In this document: positions 10,403 to 20,014 of the stretch, piece after piece
Numbering within the stretch: position 1 is the first letter of the stretch
Layout of the letters: each line of letters begins with the position of its first letter
Assembly (NCBI GenBank): GCA_049322715.1
Contig: JBMOQP010000029.1
Span: 14,714 to 78,713 of the forward strand
Reading direction: 5' to 3'
Length of the DNA stretch: 64,000 nt
Source: Pseudomonadota bacterium
Lineage (GTDB): Bacteria > Pseudomonadota > Gammaproteobacteria > Halothiobacillales > Halothiobacillaceae
Translations under genes and position numbers: made by a program
Notes under the pieces: generated by a model
Told to the model about the DNA's origin: nothing
Seen by the model: the letters and a program-made list of their open reading frames with translations, nothing else
Databases searched by the model: none

Positions 10403-10501
10403 TCAGCTGAAGATCACGCTCAGGAAGCTCAGCCAGGAGAAGATAATCAGGCCGATGACGAAGGTGAAGGCTGCATTCTGGAAGTTGAACATGTGGGCCA
10501 T
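10403..10501 (-). CDS. uncalled small ORF encoding a 32-aa single-helix hydrophobic peptide
   Basis: My translation is MAHMFNFQNAAFTFVIGLIIFSWLSFLSVIFS*. AGGAG lies 8 nt upstream of the ATG. 28 of 32 codons end in G or C, like the neighbouring genes. It starts 17 nt after the ccoS stop and is too short for the ORF track. Confidence 0.45.
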   Translation of the reverse strand: MAHMFNFQNAAFTFVIGLIIFSWLSFLSVIFS

Positions 10502-10518
10502 GTGATGTGCTCCTGTCG

Positions 10519-10734
10519 TTAATGTTTTGGCTGTATGTCCGGTGGCGTTTCCCGCGGCTCCGCGGACGGCCCCTGCGGCCTGGGAATACGCGGGTCGTCG
10601 TCATCCATGAGGATGCGATGCGCCGGCCCCTCGAGGTCGTCGTACTGGCCGCTGCGCACGGTCCACACCACGGCCCAGATCATGATCCCCATCACGACGA
10701 TGCTGAGGGGGACCAGGAAATAAAGAATATCCAC
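10519..10734 (-). CDS. ccoS: cbb3 oxidase maturation protein CcoS/FixS
   Basis: 71 aa with an N-terminal TM helix (MDILYFLVPLSIVVMGIMIWAVVW) and an acidic tail, located directly after ccoI. Confidence 0.88.
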   Translation of the reverse strand: MDILYFLVPLSIVVMGIMIWAVVWTVRSGQYDDLEGPAHRILMDDDDPRIPRPQGPSAEPRETPPDIQPKH

Positions 10735-10774
10735 AGACCAACCCGGTTTATTTGCGCAAGCTACCCGTTCCCCT

Positions 10775-13198
10775 CTAACGGCGCAAGCGCAAGGCGTTTA
10801 ATACCACGATAATCGAGCTTAATGACATACCGATCGCCGCGAGCCAGGGAGGGACAAAGCCCGCGGCGGCCGCGGGCACGGCGACCAGGTTGTAGCCCAG
10901 CGCCCAGCCGAGATTCTGGCGGATGATGGTCATGGTCCGGCGCGCGACGCGTACCCCAGCCGGGATATGGCTCAGGTTCTCGGACAACAGGATCATGTCC
11001 GCCGAGGCCTGAGCCAGTTGCGTGCCACCACCCATGGCCAGCGAGGCCTGGGCCCCGGCGAGAACCGGCGCATCGTTCACGCCATCCCCCACCATCACCA
11101 CCACCTGGCCCTGCTCCTGCAGCTGGCGCAGGTGGCTCAGCTTGTCCTGGGGCAGCAAGCCACCGTGGGCATGGGGGATACCGAGTTCGCGCGCCACCCG
11201 TTCGGCCTCCTGCGGACGGTCCCCGCTCAGCAGACTGACCTCCAGCCCGAGTTCGCGCAATTCACGGATCGCACCGACGGCCTCCTCGCGCGGCGCATCG
11301 CGCAGCACGAACCAGGCCAGCGCTCCGCCCGCGTCGGCCAGCAGGACAACCGTCCCGGCCGATTCCGGGATCATTGGCACGGGCTGGCCGGACAGGGCCA
11401 TGGCGAAATCCGACACGCCGATGCGGAAGCGACGGCCGCCGACACTCCCCTCCATACCCTGTCCCGGCACTGCGCTGACCTCGTCCGCGGCCACGCCCTT
11501 CCCCGCCCGGGTCAGGATGGCGCGCGCCACGGGGTGCTCGGAGGCTCGTTCGAGCGCCGCCGCCCAGGCGAGCGCCTCGGTCTCGCTTGCCTCGCCCAGG
11601 GGAATCACACGCTCGAGCGAGAGGCGACCATCAGTAAGTGTGCCGGTCTTGTCGAACACCACATGAGTGGCACGGGCCAGAGTCTCGAGGGCGTGACCAC
11701 GGGTCACCAGCAGCCCGAGGCGGGTGAGCCTGCCGGTTGCCGCGGTCAGGGCTGCGGGAGTGGCGAGGCCGAGAGCACAGGGACAGGTGACGGCCAGCAG
11801 GGCAACGGTGATCCAGAACGCACGGGATGGCTCGTGCAGCCACCACCAGGTCGCCACCAGGACGCTGACCACGAGCAGGCCGAAGATGAACCACTGCGCC
11901 GCACGGTCGGCCAGTTGGCCGATGCGGGGTTTCTCGGCCTGGGCGCGGTCCAGCAGGCGCAGGATGGAGGACAGGACAGTCTCCTCGCCAACCTTCTCCA
12001 CGCGCACGAGCAGCGGGCTCTCGACGTTCACCGCGCCGCCGATCACAGCGTCCCCGGGGCCGCGCCCGCGCGGCACGCTCTCGCCGGTCAGGAGGGACTC
12101 GTCCACGCTGCTGTGCCCCTCCAGCACCACGCCGTCGGCCGGGACGCTCTCCCCAGGGCGGACACGAACCCGGTCCCCGGGGCGCAGCTCGGCAACGGCC
12201 ACCATGTGCTCGACGCCGTCCTCACCGATGCGGGCAGCGATGTTCGGCAACAGCTTCACCAGGGCCTCGGCCGATTCACCCGCCTTGTGCCGGGCAAGCA
12301 TCTCCAGATAGCGCCCGGCCAGCAACAGGAAGGCGAACATGGTGACGGTGTCGAAATACACCTCGCCACTGTTGGTCACTGTCGCCCAGGCGCTGGCCAG
12401 GAAAGTCAGCGCGAGAGTGATGCTCACCGGCAGGTCCATGCCCAGCCGCTTCTGCCGCAGATCGCGCCAGGCGGAGGTAAAGAAGCCGAGCGAGCTGTAG
12501 AAGATCACCGGCAGGGTGATGACCAGGCTCGCCCAGCGCAGGAATTGCCGCAGCCCCTCATCCATGCCGTGAAAATCGCCCGAATACAGGGCAATGGCAG
12601 TCATCATCGCCTGCATCATGCCGAGCCCCGCCACCCCCACGCGCCGGAGTGCCTGGGCACGCTCGCGCTTGAAGGCGGCCTCTTGGCGCCCGGCATCGAA
12701 GGGGTGGGCCTGGTAGCCGATCGAGGTGATCGCCCGGAGGATCTCGCTCAACTGGATCTGGCGCGCATCCCATTGCACCCGGGCGCGCTTGGTGGCGTAG
12801 TTGATGTTGAAGGCCAAAATGCCCGGCAGGGCACGCACATGTTTCTCGTTCAGCCATACGCAGGCGGCGCAGGTGATGCCCTCGAGGATCAGGGCCGCTT
12901 CGCGCATATCCCCCTGGCCGCTGACGAAGCTGCGCTGGAGAGCTTCGCTGTCATACAGGCGCAGCCCCTCGAGCTCCTGCGGGACCAGGTCATGCGCACG
13001 GTCGGCCGGCTGGGTGCGATAGCTGTAGTACTCCTCCATGCCACCATCGACGATCGCCTGGGCCACTGCCTGGCACCCCGGGCAACACATGGCGCGCGGC
13101 TGATCCTTGACGCGTACGGAATAGTGCGCCCCCGGCGGGATCGGCAGGCCGCAATGGAAGCACTCGCCCTCCCCGGGCAGAGGACGGGGGTCAGACAT
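10775..13198 (-). CDS. ccoI: copper-translocating P1B-type ATPase CcoI/FixI
   Basis: 807 aa. N-terminal CFHCGLP...CCPGCQ motif, CPC in TM6 (TCPCALG), DKTGTLT phosphorylation site and GDGVNDAP hinge. Confidence 0.93.
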   Translation of the reverse strand: MSDPRPLPGEGECFHCGLPIPPGAHYSVRVKDQPRAMCCPGCQAVAQAIVDGGMEEYYSYRTQPADRAHDLVPQELEGLRLYDSEALQRSFVSGQGDMREAALILEGITCAACVWLNEKHVRALPGILAFNINYATKRARVQWDARQIQLSEILRAITSIGYQAHPFDAGRQEAAFKRERAQALRRVGVAGLGMMQAMMTAIALYSGDFHGMDEGLRQFLRWASLVITLPVIFYSSLGFFTSAWRDLRQKRLGMDLPVSITLALTFLASAWATVTNSGEVYFDTVTMFAFLLLAGRYLEMLARHKAGESAEALVKLLPNIAARIGEDGVEHMVAVAELRPGDRVRVRPGESVPADGVVLEGHSSVDESLLTGESVPRGRGPGDAVIGGAVNVESPLLVRVEKVGEETVLSSILRLLDRAQAEKPRIGQLADRAAQWFIFGLLVVSVLVATWWWLHEPSRAFWITVALLAVTCPCALGLATPAALTAATGRLTRLGLLVTRGHALETLARATHVVFDKTGTLTDGRLSLERVIPLGEASETEALAWAAALERASEHPVARAILTRAGKGVAADEVSAVPGQGMEGSVGGRRFRIGVSDFAMALSGQPVPMIPESAGTVVLLADAGGALAWFVLRDAPREEAVGAIRELRELGLEVSLLSGDRPQEAERVARELGIPHAHGGLLPQDKLSHLRQLQEQGQVVVMVGDGVNDAPVLAGAQASLAMGGGTQLAQASADMILLSENLSHIPAGVRVARRTMTIIRQNLGWALGYNLVAVPAAAAGFVPPWLAAIGMSLSSIIVVLNALRLRR

Positions 13199-13215
13199 GG
13201 CTCAAGAGACGCCGG

Positions 13216-14022
13216 TCAGGGGGCCGCGACATCCGTCGCGGCCCGCACCTCATGGATATCCTCGCCACGCTGGACGACGATAACCACCTGCCAGAGGCCG
13301 GCGAGGGGCGGGGTGGCATTGGCACGGTAGAAACCAGGCTCGACCTCGGGCAGGGCCAGGCTGAAGTCCTCACGCTGGTTGGAGGGGCGCATGAAGCGCG
13401 CGCTGACCTCGGCGCCGCTGATGGGTGAGCCGTGGCGATCGCGTGCCTGCACCTGGAACGGCGCCTCCCGGTCCTTGACTGGATCCCCTAGCCAGCCGTA
13501 GTCCACCTGCCAGCCGCGCTCCTTCTGCAGCTCGACCCGATGCAGGTAGTCGTTGTAGAGCGCTTCCTTCTTCTGGTAGTCGTGCGAGGTCACGCCAGGA
13601 AAGTACGAGCTCACCGCCTCCCCCTGCTTGGGTTTGGGCAGGAGCCAAGCGCTGACGCGGCTGTCCAGCCCGCCGGTGGCGACCGTGACGAATACGGCGT
13701 CCAGGGCGATGATCACGGCGAAGAAGCCGATGATCAGTCCCGGCCCCCAGCGGAAGCTGCGCCCTTCATCCCGCCGCTGCTGCTCTCCTTGATGAGCCAG
13801 CACGCCAAGGATGAAGACCACCACCAGGTAGACCGCAAGATGAATGGCCAGCACATCGGCACCGGGCCAGTTCAGCAAGGCGAACGGCAGGTAGAAACCA
13901 GGCGTGAGGATGGCAAGGATGACCGCCGACTGACGCCCTCCGAGGCGAACCAGGCGGTTCAACCCCAGGAAGGCGAGCACGATCAGCAGGATGCCTGCAC
14001 CGAGCGAAATCAGGATGGACAT
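13216..14022 (-). CDS. ccoH: CcoH/FixH-domain protein with an extra N-terminal membrane region
   Basis: 268 aa. The FixH-like part starts near RSFRWGPGLIIGFFAVIIALDAVFV and is preceded by about 95 aa carrying 2-3 additional TM helices. It occupies the ccoG-ccoH-ccoI position. Confidence 0.8.
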   Translation of the reverse strand: MSILISLGAGILLIVLAFLGLNRLVRLGGRQSAVILAILTPGFYLPFALLNWPGADVLAIHLAVYLVVVFILGVLAHQGEQQRRDEGRSFRWGPGLIIGFFAVIIALDAVFVTVATGGLDSRVSAWLLPKPKQGEAVSSYFPGVTSHDYQKKEALYNDYLHRVELQKERGWQVDYGWLGDPVKDREAPFQVQARDRHGSPISGAEVSARFMRPSNQREDFSLALPEVEPGFYRANATPPLAGLWQVVIVVQRGEDIHEVRAATDVAAP

Positions 14023-14031
14023 GGGTCGTTA

Positions 14032-15444
14032 TCAACGCGGCATGTTGAAGGTGGCATTCATCGCCACGGGTTCGATCTGGCCATCCTTGTCGGTCAACAC
14101 GAAACGGAAATTCTGCTGCGTGCCCTTGGCGCCCGCCGGCAGCTTCACCCTCACCAGCAGACGAAGCAGCTTGTCGGAGGGCACCTCGATGTCCTTCTTG
14201 CCCCCGGCGATCTCGATCTCCGCATCGGCCAGGCCCTCAACACCAAGATCGAGACGGAGCGGGCGGGGGACCTTGTTGTTGATCTTGATCTCGTAGCTGT
14301 TCTGCACCCGGCCATCGGCCAGGGTCACCGCCAGGGGATTGCGCACCTGGTTCACTGCGAAGTCCATCGGCGCCTGATGCAGGACGCCGTAGGCCAGGAG
14401 CCCGATGACCACCAGGATCGCCAGACCGTAACCGATCGTCTTCGGCTTGAAAACCCGCGGTTTTACCCCGGTTTCAATTTCCTGCTCGGAGGCATAGCGA
14501 ATCAGGCTGCGGTCCCAGCCCTGCTTGTCCATGATTTCGTTGCAGGCATCGATGCACAGGCCACAGTTGATGCAGGCGATCTGCAGGCCGTTGCGGATGT
14601 CGATGCCGGTCGGGCAGACCTGAACGCACAGGCCGCAATCGACGCAGTCCCCATGACCGGCCGCCTTGCGCTCTTCCTGGGTCTTCAGGCCACGACCAAG
14701 GTGGGCGCGCCCCTTCTCGCCCTCGCCACGCTTGTAGTCGTAGGAGGGGATAAGGGTCTCCTTGTCGAACATCACCGTCTGGAAGCGGGAATAAGGGCAC
14801 ATGTAGATGCACACCTGCTCGCGCACGAAGCCGGCCACGACAAAGGTAATGGCGGTCAGCAGGCCGATGGTGATGTAGGCCGCCGATGCAGCATGGCCGG
14901 TGAAGAAGTCACCGAGCAGGCCCGGGGCATCCGTCCAGTAGGCCGTGAACGTGAAGCCGGTGAGCCAGGCAAAGGCCAGCCATGCCGCCCAGGTGAGCCC
15001 CTTCTTGCTGATCTTCTGCGCGTTCCAGGGCATTTTCTCGAGCTTCAGGCGCAGCTGGCGGTCCCCCTGGATCCAACGCTCGATGTACATGAACGCGTCG
15101 GTCCACAGGGTCTGGAAGCAGAAATAGCCGCAGAAGGCACGGCCGACCACGCCAGTCACGAAGAACAACAGCCAGGCGAAGATGATCAGCGCGCCGGCCA
15201 GCCAGTAGATGTCCTGCGGATGAACGATCAGGTCGAAGATGTAGAAGCGGCGGCCCGGGATATCGAAAAGCACCGCCTGCGAAGGCCCGTCACCACGATC
15301 CCAGCGCAACCAGGGCAGGAGGAAGAAGACGGCGTAGGCCAGCACCAGCATCCCCGTCTTGAAAGTACGGAATGTGCCCTTCACCGATTTCGGATGAATG
15401 GCGACGCGTTCCTGGTAGAGCTTTTCTTCCGTCTCGACGGACAT
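14032..15444 (-). CDS. ccoG: CcoG/FixG 4Fe-4S membrane ferredoxin (cbb3 assembly, cupric reductase family)
   Basis: 470 aa. Cluster motifs CVDCGLCVQVCP and CINCGLCIDAC, several TM segments, and AGGAG 8 nt upstream of the ATG. Confidence 0.93.
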   Translation of the reverse strand: MSVETEEKLYQERVAIHPKSVKGTFRTFKTGMLVLAYAVFFLLPWLRWDRGDGPSQAVLFDIPGRRFYIFDLIVHPQDIYWLAGALIIFAWLLFFVTGVVGRAFCGYFCFQTLWTDAFMYIERWIQGDRQLRLKLEKMPWNAQKISKKGLTWAAWLAFAWLTGFTFTAYWTDAPGLLGDFFTGHAASAAYITIGLLTAITFVVAGFVREQVCIYMCPYSRFQTVMFDKETLIPSYDYKRGEGEKGRAHLGRGLKTQEERKAAGHGDCVDCGLCVQVCPTGIDIRNGLQIACINCGLCIDACNEIMDKQGWDRSLIRYASEQEIETGVKPRVFKPKTIGYGLAILVVIGLLAYGVLHQAPMDFAVNQVRNPLAVTLADGRVQNSYEIKINNKVPRPLRLDLGVEGLADAEIEIAGGKKDIEVPSDKLLRLLVRVKLPAGAKGTQQNFRFVLTDKDGQIEPVAMNATFNMPR

Positions 15445-15513
15445 ACATCGGGCTCCTGTGCATTCATTATCGAATGCTGATAATCATACAACAGACAGGG
15501 TCTTGGCCTGCGC

Positions 15514-15543
15514 AAAAAAAATGCCGGCAAGGCCGGCATTTTC
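15514..15543 (-). terminator. strong rho-independent terminator ending the ccoNOQP operon
   Basis: aaaaaaa-atgccggc-aag-gccggcat-tttt. On the minus strand the hairpin is followed by a T8 run, 25 nt after the ccoP stop. Confidence 0.88.
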
Positions 15544-15567
15544 AAGTACGAAGCACGTAGGAAGCGG

Positions 15568-16473
15568 TTACTTGCCGCCGCCCAGTTCGTGCACGTACAC
15601 GGTCAGCATCTTGATCTCCTCAGGCTTGAGGCGACTGCCAAAAGCCGGCATCTCGCGCTGAATGCCCTTGTTGATCACGCCAGCGACCAGCTTCTTCTTT
15701 TCTTCGATGGAGCCTGCTGCCGGGATATTGATCACAGACCAGGCCTTGTCGGTCAGGTTGGCCGCGCCCATCATCGGATTGCCCTTGCCCTCGGCACCAT
15801 GGCAGCCCATACACATGGCATAGCCCTGCTTGCCGCGCTCGGCAGCCGCGGCATCCACTGTCTCGCCGGACAGGCTCAGCACATAGCTGGCCACGTCATC
15901 GAGGGCCTGGCCCTGGATATTGGCGAAGGCGGGCATGTTGCCCTTGCGGCCCGAGGCGATGCTGGCCTGGATGTGATCGACCTTGCCACCCCACAGCCAG
16001 TCGTCGTCCGCCAGGTTGGGGAAGAATGGCAGGTTGCCCTGACCGCCCTGGCCGTGGCACGCGGCGCAATAGTCGCCAAAGTAGCCTTTGGCCATGGAGC
16101 GCGCGAAGGCCATCATGTCGGGGTTGGCGAGGATTTCCTCGTAGGAGGCGGCGCCGACCTTCTCGATGTACTCACGCTGCTTCACCGCTGCCGGGCTGCT
16201 CTGCATCTCCTCGATCAGCTGGCTGCGGGAGTTCCACGGCATCTCCTTGGTCTGGCCGTTCTCTTCCACCGTGACGGTTGCGATACCGCGGGTGAAGCTT
16301 TTGCCGACCGGCCACGCCGGATAGATGATCCAGTAGACGACCGCGAAAATGATGGTGGCGTAGAAGGCCCACAGCCACCAGTTGGGCAACGGGTTGTTGT
16401 ACTCGCGCAGATCACCATCCCAGACGTGACCGGTGGTTTCGACCTGCTTGGACTTGTTAGCGGGATTCGCCAT
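15568..16473 (-). CDS. ccoP: cbb3-type cytochrome c oxidase subunit III (dihaem c)
   Basis: 301 aa with an N-terminal TM helix and two haem c sites, CAACHG and CMGCHG. Confidence 0.95.
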   Translation of the reverse strand: MANPANKSKQVETTGHVWDGDLREYNNPLPNWWLWAFYATIIFAVVYWIIYPAWPVGKSFTRGIATVTVEENGQTKEMPWNSRSQLIEEMQSSPAAVKQREYIEKVGAASYEEILANPDMMAFARSMAKGYFGDYCAACHGQGGQGNLPFFPNLADDDWLWGGKVDHIQASIASGRKGNMPAFANIQGQALDDVASYVLSLSGETVDAAAAERGKQGYAMCMGCHGAEGKGNPMMGAANLTDKAWSVINIPAAGSIEEKKKLVAGVINKGIQREMPAFGSRLKPEEIKMLTVYVHELGGGK

Positions 16474-16475
16474 GA

Positions 16476-16676
16476 CTATTTATCCCCTTGTTTCGACGCA
16501 GGCTTCTTTTCCTCGTCGTCGATAAACGGAATGTTCTTGTAGGACTCGAGCCGATCCTTGCGCTGCTTGCCGGTATAGACGTAGAGCACGATGCCGACGA
16601 AAGTGGTGAAGAAGATGAGCAGGGCCAGCACCTTGCTGTTGCCGAGATCACCCAACCAAGCCCAGATTTCAGACAT
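16476..16676 (-). CDS. ccoQ: cbb3-type cytochrome c oxidase subunit IV
   Basis: 66 aa with a single TM helix, lying between ccoO and ccoP. Confidence 0.85.
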   Translation of the reverse strand: MSEIWAWLGDLGNSKVLALLIFFTTFVGIVLYVYTGKQRKDRLESYKNIPFIDDEEKKPASKQGDK

Positions 16677-16707
16677 GTCGTGCTCCTGACGTCTCTATGC
16701 GGCCGTA

Positions 16708-17442
16708 TCAGCGGAAGTTGGCGAAGTAGCCCTGCTCGTACTGCTTGAAGTCCACCAGGGTGCCCAGCATCTGCAGGTAGGCGACCATGGCGTCCATCTC
16801 GGTGATGCGCGACTTGTCGCCATCCCAGTTGCGGCCATTGGCTTCCGCCTCGAGGGTGGCCTTGGCGTTCGGGATGTGCAGCTTGTCCGCCATCTCCTTG
16901 CCATGCTCGGCCACGTTGGCCTGGTACTCCTCCTCGGTGAGGGAGTACGGCACGCCGGTCATCTTGAGCGCCTTCATGCGGTTCTCGATGTCACCGTAGC
17001 TGAGCTCCTTCTCCATCAGCCAGGGATAGGCCGGCATGATGGATTCGGGCACGACGTTCTGCGGGCGGATCAGGTGCTGGGTGTGCCATTCGTCGGAGTA
17101 TTTGCCGCCAAGACGGGCGATGTCCGGACCGGTGCGCTTGGAGGCCCACTGGAACGGGTGGTCGTACTTCGACTCGGCCGCCAGGGAGTAGTGGCCGTAG
17201 CGCAGCATCTCATCGCGGAACGGACGGATCATCTGCGAATGGCAGGCGTAGCAGCCCTCGCGGATGTACAGGTCACGGCCACGCAGCTCCAGCGGGGTGT
17301 ACGGACGCACACCCTTGACCTCTTCGACCGTGTCCTTGATATGGAACAGCGGGACGATCTCGACCAGGCCACCAATGCTGACCGCCACCAGAGTGAGGAC
17401 GATCAGCAGGCCGGCATTGATTTCGATGCTTTCGTGCTTCAT
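16708..17442 (-). CDS. ccoO: cbb3-type cytochrome c oxidase subunit II (monohaem c)
   Basis: 244 aa with a TM anchor and haem site CYACHSQM. Confidence 0.95.
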   Translation of the reverse strand: MKHESIEINAGLLIVLTLVAVSIGGLVEIVPLFHIKDTVEEVKGVRPYTPLELRGRDLYIREGCYACHSQMIRPFRDEMLRYGHYSLAAESKYDHPFQWASKRTGPDIARLGGKYSDEWHTQHLIRPQNVVPESIMPAYPWLMEKELSYGDIENRMKALKMTGVPYSLTEEEYQANVAEHGKEMADKLHIPNAKATLEAEANGRNWDGDKSRITEMDAMVAYLQMLGTLVDFKQYEQGYFANFR

Positions 17443-17457
17443 CGATCAATCTCCTTA

Positions 17458-18912
17458 TCAGCGCGCCACGGCCGCTGCGCCAGACACTTCGACGGCAACG
17501 CCGCGCTTGGCCTGGGCAATGGTCATGTAGACGTTGTAAACCATCATCAGGATGCCGGCGACGAAGAACATGCCACCGATGGCGCGCACGACGTACGGCA
17601 GGTGCATGAAGGTCACGGTCTCGATGAAGGTGTAGGCGAGGTTGCCGTACTCATCGAAGGCACGCAGCATCAGACCCTGGCCGATGCCGGCCACCCACAG
17701 CGAGGCGATGTAGAGCACGATGCCGATGGTCGCCAGCCAGAAATGGGTGTAGATCATCTTGGTGCTGTACATGCTGGTCGCACCCCACAGACGCGGGATG
17801 AGGTGGTAGAACGAGCCGAAGGTGATCATGGCCACCCAGCCGAGGGCGCCAGAGTGCACGTGGCCTACGGTCCAGTCGGTGTAGTGGGACAGCGCGTTGA
17901 CGCTCTTGAGCGACATCAGCGGGCCTTCGAAGGTCGACATGCCGTAGAAGGACAGCGCGGTGATCATGAACAGCATGATCGGGTCGGTGCGCAGCTTATC
18001 CCACGCGCCGGACAGGGTCATGATGCCGTTGATCATGCCACCCCAGGACGGCAGCAGCAGCAGGATGGAGAATGTGGCCGCCAGGGTGGAGGTCCAGTCC
18101 GGGATCGCGGTCCAGTGCAGGTGGTGGGTACCCGCCCACATGTACAGGAAGGACAGGGCCCAGAAGTGGACGATGGACAGGCGGTAGGAATAGACCGGAC
18201 GGCCAGCCTGCTTCGGAACGAAGTAGTACATCATGCCGAGGAAGGCCGCAGTCAGGAAGAAGCCTACCGCGTTATGGCCGTACCACCACTGGGTCATCGC
18301 ATCCTGCACGCCGGAGAACAGGCTGTAGGACTCGAGGCTGTTCCAGGCTACCGGCACCGCCAGGTTGTTGAAGATGTGCAGCAGGGCAATCACGAACAGG
18401 AAGGCGATGAAGAACCAGTTGGCCACGTAGATATGCGGCTGGCTGCGGTTCACCAGGGTCATCACGAAGATGACGATGTAGGCGACCCAGACCACGGCGA
18501 TGGCCAGGTCGAGTTGCCAGATGAACTCGGCGTACTCGCGACCCTGGGTGAAGCCCAGCATGTAGAGCACGACGCCGCCACCGACGCCGACCTGCCAGCC
18601 CCAGAAGGTGAACTCGGGCAACCAGCGACCGCCCCACAGGCGGGCCTGGCAGGTGCGCTGCACGATGTAATACGAGGTCGCGAACAGGGCGCTGCCGCCG
18701 AAACCGAAGATCACCAGCGTGGTGTGCACCGGACGCAGGCGCCCGAAGGTGATTTCGGCGATATCGAAGTTCAGGAACGGCCACGCCAGCTCACTGGCGA
18801 TGTACGTTCCCGCAGTCATGCCAAGGACGCCCCAGACGAGCGCCATGATGGCGAACTTCTTCACAATGTCGTAGTTGTACTGCTCTGTGGCAACGGCCGT
18901 GCTCGTTGACAT
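17458..18912 (-). CDS. ccoN: cbb3-type cytochrome c oxidase subunit I
   Basis: Start set at ATG 18912 ([17 protein letters not shown]) with GGGAGGAG upstream. About 12 TM helices and the [10 protein letters not shown] motif typical of CcoN. Confidence 0.95.
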   Translation of the reverse strand: MSTSTAVATEQYNYDIVKKFAIMALVWGVLGMTAGTYIASELAWPFLNFDIAEITFGRLRPVHTTLVIFGFGGSALFATSYYIVQRTCQARLWGGRWLPEFTFWGWQVGVGGGVVLYMLGFTQGREYAEFIWQLDLAIAVVWVAYIVIFVMTLVNRSQPHIYVANWFFIAFLFVIALLHIFNNLAVPVAWNSLESYSLFSGVQDAMTQWWYGHNAVGFFLTAAFLGMMYYFVPKQAGRPVYSYRLSIVHFWALSFLYMWAGTHHLHWTAIPDWTSTLAATFSILLLLPSWGGMINGIMTLSGAWDKLRTDPIMLFMITALSFYGMSTFEGPLMSLKSVNALSHYTDWTVGHVHSGALGWVAMITFGSFYHLIPRLWGATSMYSTKMIYTHFWLATIGIVLYIASLWVAGIGQGLMLRAFDEYGNLAYTFIETVTFMHLPYVVRAIGGMFFVAGILMMVYNVYMTIAQAKRGVAVEVSGAAAVAR

Positions 18913-19132
18913 CTCGAGTCTCCTCCCAAGGTTAATGCTTGTTGCTCGGGGCCCCGGAAGGCGGACCTTCCCCATACCCTTTGCTGGCCGGTGCATGTTA
19001 CTGCAACGCTAGGCCCCTCTAAAGTTCCTTATTTTTCCGGGCTTTTCCCTTGGACATTCAAAAAACACGCAGTATTTCAATGTGTTTTCAAACAACCAAA
19101 AGCAACCAGAATGCATGGATCAAAATATTTGA

Positions 19133-20002
19133 TCACCGCCTGAGGGAACCCAGAGGGATGCGCACCTCCCCCTGTGCATCGGCCACATAGCGCCCAGCCT
19201 CGCCCCCCCAGGCCTGGCCATGGATGACCTCGTAGCTCACCGGCAACATTCCCTCCGCATTGCGGTGCACCTCGTACGCAGCCCGCACACGGCCCAGCCG
19301 CCCCTTGCCGGTCAGTCCACGCGCCCGCCCAGCCATGCCATTGTGCGCACCGATGCCCTTGAGGCTGCGCATGACGGACTGCACGTCCGGGTAGTCGAGC
19401 CGGATGCGTTCGACATCCATCACTGGGTCGCGCAGACCCGCGCGCACGAGCGCATCGCCCAGGTCATGCATGTCATAGAAAAGATTGACGTGGGTGTGCC
19501 CGGGATCGGCCGCCCGCCATGCGTCACGCAGTTCGTGCAGGGTATCGGGCCCAAGGGTGGAGAACAGGAACACCCCGCCAGGCCGGAGCACCCGGCGCGC
19601 CTCCCGGAACACCTGTGCGGGCTCGTTGCTCCACTGCAGGGTCAGACTGGAGAACAGCAGGTCGACGCTCGCGTCGCGCAGGGGCAGCCTCTCCATGTCG
19701 GCGCAGAGGAGATCCGGCTTGCGCAGCCAGGACTGACGTCCTCGCGCCTCCTCCAGCATGCCGCGCGAGATGTCGAGACCGAGCAGCCGGGCCCGCGAGA
19801 AACGCTTGCGCAAGGCGCGCAGCGCCGCCCCCGTACCGCAGCCAAGATCGACAACAACCTCGGGAGACAGCCTCAGCCACTCGAGGCGGGAGAGCATCTC
19901 CTCGCGCACGATGCGCTGCAGCCGGGCGTGCTCGTCGTAGCTCGATGCGGCAAGGTCGAATGAACGCCTGACACGCCCCTTCTCCAGTTCATACTCGCGC
20001 AT
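19133..20002 (-). CDS. bioC: malonyl-ACP O-methyltransferase
   Basis: 289 aa. N-terminal RRSFDLAASSYDEHARLQR and SAM motif VVDLGCGTG. Immediately downstream of bioH. Confidence 0.85.
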   Translation of the reverse strand: MREYELEKGRVRRSFDLAASSYDEHARLQRIVREEMLSRLEWLRLSPEVVVDLGCGTGAALRALRKRFSRARLLGLDISRGMLEEARGRQSWLRKPDLLCADMERLPLRDASVDLLFSSLTLQWSNEPAQVFREARRVLRPGGVFLFSTLGPDTLHELRDAWRAADPGHTHVNLFYDMHDLGDALVRAGLRDPVMDVERIRLDYPDVQSVMRSLKGIGAHNGMAGRARGLTGKGRLGRVRAAYEVHRNAEGMLPVSYEVIHGQAWGGEAGRYVADAQGEVRIPLGSLRR

Positions 20003-20014
20003 ATTGGACCTTCT

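Noticed and set aside
18913-19135. I searched the AT-rich ccoN upstream region for an FNR/Anr box (TTGAT-N4-ATCAA). I also noted the near-palindrome ggatcaaaatatttgatc at 19117-19134.
   Set aside because: No 14-mer on either strand matches both half sites. The near-palindrome has the half sites in the opposite order (ATCAA-N5-TTGAT) and sits at the bioC stop codon. By-eye scanning cannot exclude a degenerate site, so I make no regulatory call.
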